Shown here: in pieces, positions 44,131 through 64,000 of the stretch
Layout of the letters: every line of letters starts with the position of its first letter
Numbering within the stretch: the first letter of the stretch is position 1
Origin: the human T2T-CHM13v2.0 reference genome, Homo sapiens
Length of the DNA: 64,000 nucleotides
Assembly: GCF_009914755.1 (NCBI RefSeq)
Contig: NC_060940.1
Direction: 5' to 3' (one strand)
The notes under the pieces: generated by a model
Told to the model about the DNA's origin: nothing
What the model saw: the letters and a program-made list of their open reading frames with translations, nothing else
Databases searched by the model: none
Made by a program: the position numbers and the translations under genes

Positions 44131-46491
44131 GGGTGGTAGTGAGGGTGTGGAAAGGGTGAGTTGAGCGGGCGAGGCTGCGAGAGGGCAACTTAACTCTCCT
44201 CCTGTCACCCCAGTGTGGGACGGCGTGAATGTGGGGTGGAAGGGATGTCAGTCTTCTCTGAGGCGGCGCTGGAGAAGGAGCTGTCGGGGTTAAGCAATGC
44301 GCAGCAGAGCATGCAGACCTGGTCCCTGTGGCTCATTCATCACAGCAAGAAGCACCCGGGCCCGTGGTCACCGCATGGTAGCTGGAGCTGCAGAGAGCAA
44401 AGCCAAACAGGAAGCTTACTTTTCTTACCTTGCCAGTGAGACCACCTGGGCAACATGGTGAAACCTTGTCTCTACTAAAATACAAAGCAAAAGGAAGGGG
44501 CCGGAGCTTACAAAAGATTTGCACTGGTTATAGTGGAAGCTTTTAAGCATGTTTCAAGTGAAACTGATGAGAGTTGTAAGAAGCACAGAAGCACATTGGA
44601 AGAGTGTTGTCTATTTGGGAAGAAAGGTCTGTTTATGCAAATGATGTATTTAGAGGCCAGGCGTGGTGGCTCACGCCTATAATCTAAGCACTTTGGGAGG
44701 CCAAAGTGGGAGGATCACTCAAGCTCAGAAATTTGAGACCAGCCGGGGCAACATAGCTAGACTCCATCTCTAAAAAAAAAAAAAATCAGCTGGGCATGGT
44801 GGTGTGCTCCAGTGGTCCCAGCTACTCGGGAGGCTGAGGTGGGAGGATCACTTCCACCCAGGAGGTTGAGGCTTTAGTGAGCCATGATCGCACCACTGTA
44901 CTCCAGCCTGGGCGACAGAGCAAGACCCTGTCTCAAAAAAACCACAAACAAGCAAACAAACAAGAAACAATGAAACAATGTATTAGAGCAACTTAAGCTC
45001 TGTGTGGTGATAAGAAGCCTAGGAAGCAAATTTATAAACAGATAAAGATGAATGAAAATAAAAACTGTTCTTCTCTGGGATCTGCAAATGAGCCACCACC
45101 ACAGACTCTAAATCTCGTGACAGCATTACAAAATCTAGAAAATGCAGCCTTGGGTGATGCAGGAGTTCACTAGAGGATCACTTTTTTGCCTGCTGTAGAC
45201 CAAGAAGTATCTCTACTAGATAAAATAGCAGATAAAGAACCTGGAGAAAGGCTTTCTAAAATGATGGATGCATGTATGTTGCCAGCAGATTACAATGGCA
45301 GAATGGCAGCAGAAATAGATGAGGGGAAGCAACTCACTCGAATGTTAGCAGATTTTCTTCATTGTCCAATGGAAGCCCTCGCAGAGAAAGCATAAATTGG
45401 AAGAATACAAGTGCAAGTGAGCCAGAGTTTCCCTGGTGTGCAAAGAATTCAGGTCCCCGATCCAGAGCCTGTCAGATTAATCTTGACTACCCAATGTCAC
45501 TGGCAGCCGCATGCACCTGCCCTTTGCAGGGACATCTACAGTGAAGATTAATGGACCAGCCTCTTTCCCGGTCCCAAGACTGCAAGAGGTGGAGACAGGT
45601 GGATAGTCCTGTAGTGGTATTTTTGCATATTTTTGAGAGAGAAACACTAGCAAAATAAATGACAATTAGTAAAAATGTTTGAAATGTTGGTTTGTTTACT
45701 ATTTTCTTTATAAGTTAACATGAATTAGTTTTGGGGTGGTGGGGTTTTGACACAGTGTCTTGTTGTGTCATCCAGGCTGGAGTACAGTGGCATGCACCTG
45801 ACCTATGACTTCGTTTAAACAAAGTGATGGGCTGGGCCTGTAGTCCCAGAACTTTGAGAGGCCGAAGTGGGCAGATCACTTGTGGCCAGGAGTTAAAGAC
45901 CAGCCTGGGAAACATGGCAAAACACCATCTCTACTAAAAATACAAAAATTTGCTGGGCATGGTGGCACACACCTGTAGTCCCAGTTACTTCAGAGGCTGA
46001 GGAAGGAGAATCTCTTGAACCCAGGAGGTGGAGGTTGCAGTGAGCCAAGATGAGCCACTGCACTCTAGCCTGGGCAACAGAGCGAGACTCTGCCAAAAAA
46101 AAAAAAAGATGATCTCTGTGTATTAATCAGCTCACAAATAGTGATTATTTTCAAAAGGTCTTTTGGTAATTTTTTTTTTATCCAGGGCCTTGTGAGAAAT
46201 CTCATGTTTCTGTTTCCTCATATATTTTCAATTGTTTTTCTTTATTTTCTTCAGTGTCTAATCACTGTACACTATGTAATTCCTAAAGGGAAGGAACCAA
46301 TCAGAGTTGGTTGAGACTCTATTTTGGTATCGTTAGGACTGGATTGTAGATGAGACTAAATGTCCCAACATAATCTTATGTTGGAACAAAGATTATCCCT
46401 CTTTTCCCCAAACAAAATATGGATTCTGTCTCCATGCCTTTGATTCCATAATTCCCTAGAGATTGGTCATGTAACATTAAACATGGAGGTC
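44131..46491 (+). pseudogene. Processed pseudogene of RPRD1A (5' UTR, disrupted CDS 44245-45551, 3' UTR), interrupted by Alus
   Basis: Intronless. Translates to MSVFSEAALEKELSGLSNAQQSMQTWSLWLIHH...QEVSLLDKIADKEPGERLSKMMDACMLPADYNGRMAAEIDEGKQLTRMLADF...DIYSED*, which matches RPRD1A rather than RPRD1B. Has frameshifts and stops. TSD taaatcctaccaag at 44115 and 46672. Confidence 0.92.
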
Positions 46492-47331
46492 ATTAGCCGG
46501 TCATGGCAGCACGCACCTGTAGTCCCAGCTACTTGGGAGTCTGAGGCAAGAGAATCACTTGACCCCAGGAAACAAAGGTTGCAGTGAGCCAAGATCATGC
46601 CACTGCACTCCTAGCCTGGGTGACAGAGGGAGACACTGTCTCAAAAAAATAAAAAATAAAAAAATAAAAAATAAATCCTACCAAGTAGGTGTGACTTGTT
46701 GTTGTTGAAACCTAGGTGGTTTTTGTTTTTGTTTGTTTGTTTGCTTTTCAGTGTTCATCTTGGCTAAACAGCCAACAAAGCAGGTAATAGATTTCAAAGG
46801 TAAAGATGTAAATATTCTACAACACAAAATTGATCTGGCTCAAGCAAAGCTATCAGCTTTGTAAAAAAAAAAAAAAACCTTTTACTATCATATTTTTATT
46901 TTTATTTTTTAGAGATGGAATTTCTGTTGCCCAGGTTGGAGTGCAGTGGCACAATCATAGCTCTCTGCAGCCTTGAAATCCTGGGTTCAAATGATCCTCC
47001 TGCCTCAGCCTCCTGAGTACTTGGGACAACAAGTATGTGCCACCACACTGGCCTCTTTTTTTTTTTTTTTTTTTTTTTTTTGCATAGATACAGGGTCTTG
47101 TCATATAACCCAGGCTGCTCTCAAACTCTTGGCTTCAGATGACCCTTCCACCTTGGCCACCAAAAGTGCTGGGATTACAGGCATGAGCCACCACACCTGG
47201 CCAAAAAATTTTTTAAATATTAGTTCTCTATTTGAAAAAAGTTTTAACCTCTTAGTACAAAATAAATAATTGAAAGGCTATATCAGCAATTGGTTTATTT
47301 TTGTCCCTTTTGCTATTGGTTAAATAAGTGA

Positions 47332-47679
<348 letters not shown>

Positions 47680-47861
47680 TGAGCCACCGCGCCCAGCCAA
47701 GGTTATCTATTTCTTTTGCAAGTATAATGTGGCATCAACAGACATGATTCTTTAGAGTTTACCTAACTTTGCATGTTTTATCACATTTGACACAGATTCC
47801 CTAAGTAATCAATTGTAAACATTTTATTTATTTATTTGAGATACGTAAAACAAGCCATCTG

Positions 47862-47892
<31 letters not shown>

Positions 47893-48008
47893 AGATAGAG
47901 TCTTACTCTGTTGCCCAGGCTGGAGTGCAGTGGCAGGATCTCAGCTCACTGCAACCTCTGCCTCCTGGCATCAAGTGACTCGCCTGCCTCAGCCTCCTAA
48001 GTAGGTAG

Positions 48009-48236
<228 letters not shown>

Positions 48237-48760
48237 TAATCTCAGCACTTTGGGAGGCCAAGTTGGGAGGATCACTTGAGCCCAGGAGTTCGAGACCAGC
48301 CTGAGCAACATGGCAACACCCTGTCTCTACCAAAAATGCAAAAATTAGCCAGGCATGGTGGTGCCCACCTGTAGTTCCAGCTACTCAGGAGGGCTGAGGT
48401 GGAAGAATGGTTTCTGTCTGGCAGGTGGAAGCTGCAGTGAGCTGAGATCATGCCTTGCACTCCAGCCTGGGCAACAGAGTCAGACCCTGTCTCAAAAATA
48501 TTAATTAAAAAGAAAAAATAAATAAAAATTTCTTACCTCCATTGTTACCTGAAAATTTGATAAATCCTGATTTTGATGTAGCATGGAAGATAATGCAAAA
48601 ACAAAAATACATAATCACTAATATTAATAGTTACTTATTTAAAAACTGAAGTGATATTAGCCCATTGATCAGTTAAAAATAAATAAAACAAGTACAAAAA
48701 TAGAGTAACCTTTAGAGGAATCAGGGCTTGCCTTGACATAATTAAAACCAGATGGGAATG

Positions 48761-50923
<2,163 letters not shown>

Positions 50924-51126
50924 AAAACTAGATGGGAATGTACTAGCTCTTCAGCAGAGACTAGAAGTTCCTAGACGGAGAGTGGGGTCATTGATTGCTG
51001 AGCAAAGGAAACAAGAAACTACAAATAGAAAGGAAATGCTGCCCACCTGGGAGCAAAGAAAAGAAACTGCAATATTAAGTGAGTTTACCTGGAAAATGAT
51101 AATTTTTAATTTAATTAATTAATTAA

Positions 51127-51287
<161 letters not shown>

Positions 51288-51889
51288 TAAAATATATTTT
51301 TAGTAGAGATGGGGTTTCACCATGCTGGCCAGGCTGGTCTGGAACTCCTGACCTCAAGTGACCCACCTGCCTCAGCCTCCCAAAGTGCTACGATTACAGG
51401 CGTGAGCCACCGTGCCTGGCAGAAAATCATAATTTTTTTAAAGTGGAAAATTTTATAAGAATACTACAAATGTTGGCTGGGTGCGGTGGCTTATGCCTGT
51501 AATCCCAGCACTTTGGGAGGCCGAGGCAGGTGGATCACAAGGTCAGGAGTTCGAGACCAGCCTGGTCAATATTGTGAAACCCTGTCTCTACAAAAAAATC
51601 AAAAACTTAGCCAGGTGTGGTGGTGCACACCTGTGATCCTAGCTACATGGGAGGCTGAAGCAGGAGAAGTGCTTGAACCTGGGAGGTGGAGGTTGCAGTG
51701 AGCCTAGATTGCGCCACTGCACTCCAGCTTGGGCAACAGAGCGAGACTCTTTCTCAAAAAAAAAAAAAAGAAAAAAAAAGAATTCTACAAATGTCATTTT
51801 GGGAGTCTGAGGCAGGAGGATTGCTTCAGGCCAGGAGTTCAAGACCAGCCTGGGCAATAAAGAGAGATTCTGTCTCTACAAAAAAATCA

Positions 51890-52228
<339 letters not shown>

Positions 52229-52482
52229 CTACATGAAATACTTGTGCTGCAACTAACCTGGTGTCCAGATACCAAATGAGTCTTCTGAGAGCCAAAGGCA
52301 GCCACTGGGGGGTCACAGGTGGGCATGTGGGAAATAGAAAAGGATGGGGACTGTGTGGAGGAGGCCAGAATTGCATCGTATTTCTTCTAAAAAAATTTCA
52401 TAATTTAAAAAATTATGTAAGTACTACCCAATCATTTTGGAAAACCCAGAAAATACAAACAGGGCAATAATCAGACTTTTTA

Positions 52483-52988
<506 letters not shown>

Positions 52989-53600
52989 CTTTAATTCTGC
53001 CCAGAGGCAAACACAGGAAACATTTTGGTACATACGCTTTGTTTCGGTTTTTTTTTTTTTCCATTTTTACAAATGTGAAAGGTCCAGGTATATATACTTC
53101 CATGAGTTTTTCTCTGTTTTGTGTGTTTCCAAAAGTGTGATTATGCTATTTATGCTGCTTTGTAACCTGCCTTTTTACTTCATAGTGCCTGGTGAACACC
53201 TTTCTTTCCTTATGGATAAACAGTATCAAAGGATGGTTTTCAAGTTAAAATTTTGACCTTCGTATACACATAGGGTGAGCATGTACATGTTCTTTAATGA
53301 AGGAACTGGGAGGATGGTAAAACTGGTTCAACAGAGAAACAGAAATTTATATAGTCAGTGTGGAAAAATGTATTTAAATGGGATTTCTAGGTTAGATATG
53401 AAACTGGTTAATATTCTACAGGGCAACGAAATTCTATCCTTTGGGGTTATCTTTTCTGCTGGACAGAAATAATTTGCATCTCAACTGGACAAAATCAAAA
53501 TCATTTGCAATTTATTCATATATAAATTCACATCTAATTTCATAGAGTCTAGGCCCCTAAGTAAATGGTCAGTCAAACAAAAACATATATTTCTCTAGAG

Positions 53601-53948
53601 CAATGATTCTCAACTAAAGGTGATTTTGCCTCCCAGAGGACATTTGGCAATGGCCAAAGACATGTTTGGTTGTCACCACTGGGGAGTGTTAGTGGCATCT
53701 GGTGGGTAGAGGCCAGGGGTGCTGTTAAAACATTGTACAATGCACAGGACAGCCTCCACAACAAAGAATTATCCAGCCCAGACTGGCAACCTCCACAACA
53801 GAGAATTATCCAGCCCACACTGTCAGTGGTACCCACCTCTACCTATTAGATGCTAGTAGCACCCCCACAGTTGTGACAACCAAAATGTCTCCAGACATTG
53901 CCAAATGTCCCACAGGGAGGCAAAATTGCCCCCAGGTCAGACGCACTG
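53601..53948. mobile_element. MER20 followed by an inverted partial MER20 (palindromic composite)
   Basis: caatgattctcaac...ggacatttggcaatg...ggttgtcac occurs forward, and its reverse complement occurs at 53835-53948. Confidence 0.85.
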
Positions 53949-53956
53949 CTTTAGAG

Positions 53957-54692
53957 TTGCACTTTACAAATGCATCGCATCTAGTCACGTGTAGCTATTT
54001 ATTTTTATTTTTATTTTATTTTTATTTACTTTTTAATGTCATAATGTTAATGAACACCAGGGGTTCAGTCTAGGTCCTAGGCTTGATATACAGAAAGCCA
54101 ATCACTGAGACAACAAGTATTGCAGGGAAGAAAGCTTTCTTCAGGTGACATCACTGGGAGAGACCGGAAATAAACCTCAAATCCATTCCTCCTCCCTGAC
54201 TAAAGGTAGGTGTTTACACATCATGGGAGGATAACAGGAGCAGCAAGGAAGAGGAGTTGGTCAACAGGCAGCAGGGGCATCCCACAGAAGAAACGTACGT
54301 TTCTCAAGCTTCAGTTCTATGGACATCTGGCTTGTTGGAAAATTGGGCAGGCATCAACAACAAAAAATGTTTTTAATTAACCAAAATTGAAAATTTAGTT
54401 CCTAGCAGTAGCCTTACTTCAAGTGTTCAGTAGCCAATTGTGGGCCAAGTGCAGTGGCTCACTCCTGTAATCTCAGCACTTTGGTAGGTCAAGTCAGGAG
54501 GATTGCATGAGGGCAAAAGTTTAAGACCAGCTTGGGCAACAGGGTGAGAGACCTCATCTCTACAAAAAAAAAGAAAATAAAAAAATAAAACAACAACAAC
54601 AAAATAGCCATGTTTGGCTAGTAGCTACTCTACTGGGCAGGGCAGGCAGAGAACATTTTCCTCTTTGTGGAAAACTCTGCTTGATGGTACTG
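53957..54692. mobile_element. MER3/MER33-like hAT element interrupted by a MER31-like LTR fragment and an Alu
   Basis: agtcacgtgtagcta / atagccatgtttggctagtagctac / gaaaactctgcttgatggtactg motifs. Confidence 0.6.
54046..54355 (-). mobile_element. MER31-like ERV1 LTR fragment
   Basis: tgttaatgaacaccaggggttcagtctaggtcct...cagaaagccaatcactgagacaa. Confidence 0.7.
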
Positions 54693-54879
54693 CCTTAGAG
54701 AAATAATCATTTCATGGGTCTGTTAGACATTGGGACAATGTAATATTGAAAAAAATATGCAGGTCAGGTGCAGTGGCTCATGCCTTTAATCCCAGGACTT
54801 TGGGAGGCTGAGGCATGCAGATCAGTTGAACTCAGGAGTTCGAGACCAGTCTAGGCAACATGGTGAAACCCCATCTCTA

Positions 54880-55098
<219 letters not shown>

Positions 55099-55132
55099 CT
55101 ATCCTTTTTGCTTATTTCCAAGTTTTGGATAA

Positions 55133-57043
<1,911 letters not shown>

Positions 57044-57734
57044 AATAATTTCTTCTACAAGACCTTTATTAAAGGCAGCATAGAGCTGCAAGGCTAGGTA
57101 GACTGTAAACACCATGACATCATGGACTGGAGCTTGGTTCTCTCATTATCCCTAGCACCTGCTGCAGGGACTGATACCTGGCAAGCACTCAATTATAAAT
57201 ATCTGCTAAGTGAATGAATGAATGGGGTGAAATTCGGTGGGTAGCAGGTCCCTTTGCAGTGACTTCCTTGGGTTGGCTGTCAGCAGTTATGCAATTGTCA
57301 CACCTATCTCAGCAAGTTCTGAGGACCAAGTGGGGGATGACCAGCAACAGTGCCTATCCCAGGCTCTGACACCTGCTCAGGAGGCACCCAACCGGCGATT
57401 TTCCTTCCTTTCTTGAAATCATCAAAATGGTTCCCAGGCCTCTAATAGTTCAAAAACCCTTACCAAGTCTATGTAAATAAAGAAAACTTCCCTTGTTCAG
57501 ACAGCTTGTTAGTGGCAGAACTGGAACTAGAGACCCAGTGTCTAATCATCTTGCAGATGACTTTACCAGCAGTGACATTCCTTGTTGGTGACTACTGAGT
57601 CACTCTATGTAGGGCCAGCTGAGACAGAGGACAGTAACCACGAGGAGGGAGTGGACACACCAGGGACATTAATTCAGCGAAGTGCCAGGCACTGCTAATT
57701 CAGAGGCTAGTGTGGGCAGCTCACATGTATACAT

Positions 57735-64000
<6,266 letters not shown>

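Noticed and set aside
45186-45395. 69-aa RPRD1A-like ORF as a functional retrogene
   Set aside because: It starts at a non-ATG codon and is surrounded by stops, frameshifts and Alu insertions.

Overview
Primate, almost certainly human, Alu-dense genomic DNA. The gene pair matches the locus I recall as chr16q12.1. It holds the complete CNEP1R1 (TMEM188) gene on the + strand. Six coding exons read directly from the sequence give a 378-nt, 125-aa ORF (23061-33203), plus an in-frame 51-nt cassette exon, a CpG-island promoter and a 3' UTR ending near 34830. The window ends in the CpG island and first coding exon of HEATR3 (ATG at 63874). Between the genes lie two processed pseudogenes, RPRD1A-derived (+) and ACTG1-derived (-). 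The rest is roughly 70 Alus, L1/L2/MIR fragments, a full-length THE1/MST MaLR element, ERV1 solo LTRs and hAT/Tigger DNA-transposon relics. Almost all ORFs in the supplied track are Alu or low-complexity artefacts. I found no new protein-coding system. The most unusual structures are: (1) an RPRD1A retrocopy that appears interleaved with two consecutive pieces of one Alu inside a single TSD; (2) a U12-type CNEP1R1 intron mostly filled by a tail-to-tail inverted Alu pair with an inverted TSD in the spacer; (3) a templated-insertion scar at 2.4-4.6 kb that creates a long hairpin; (4) a palindromic double MER20. Repeat boundaries and subfamilies are estimated by eye.
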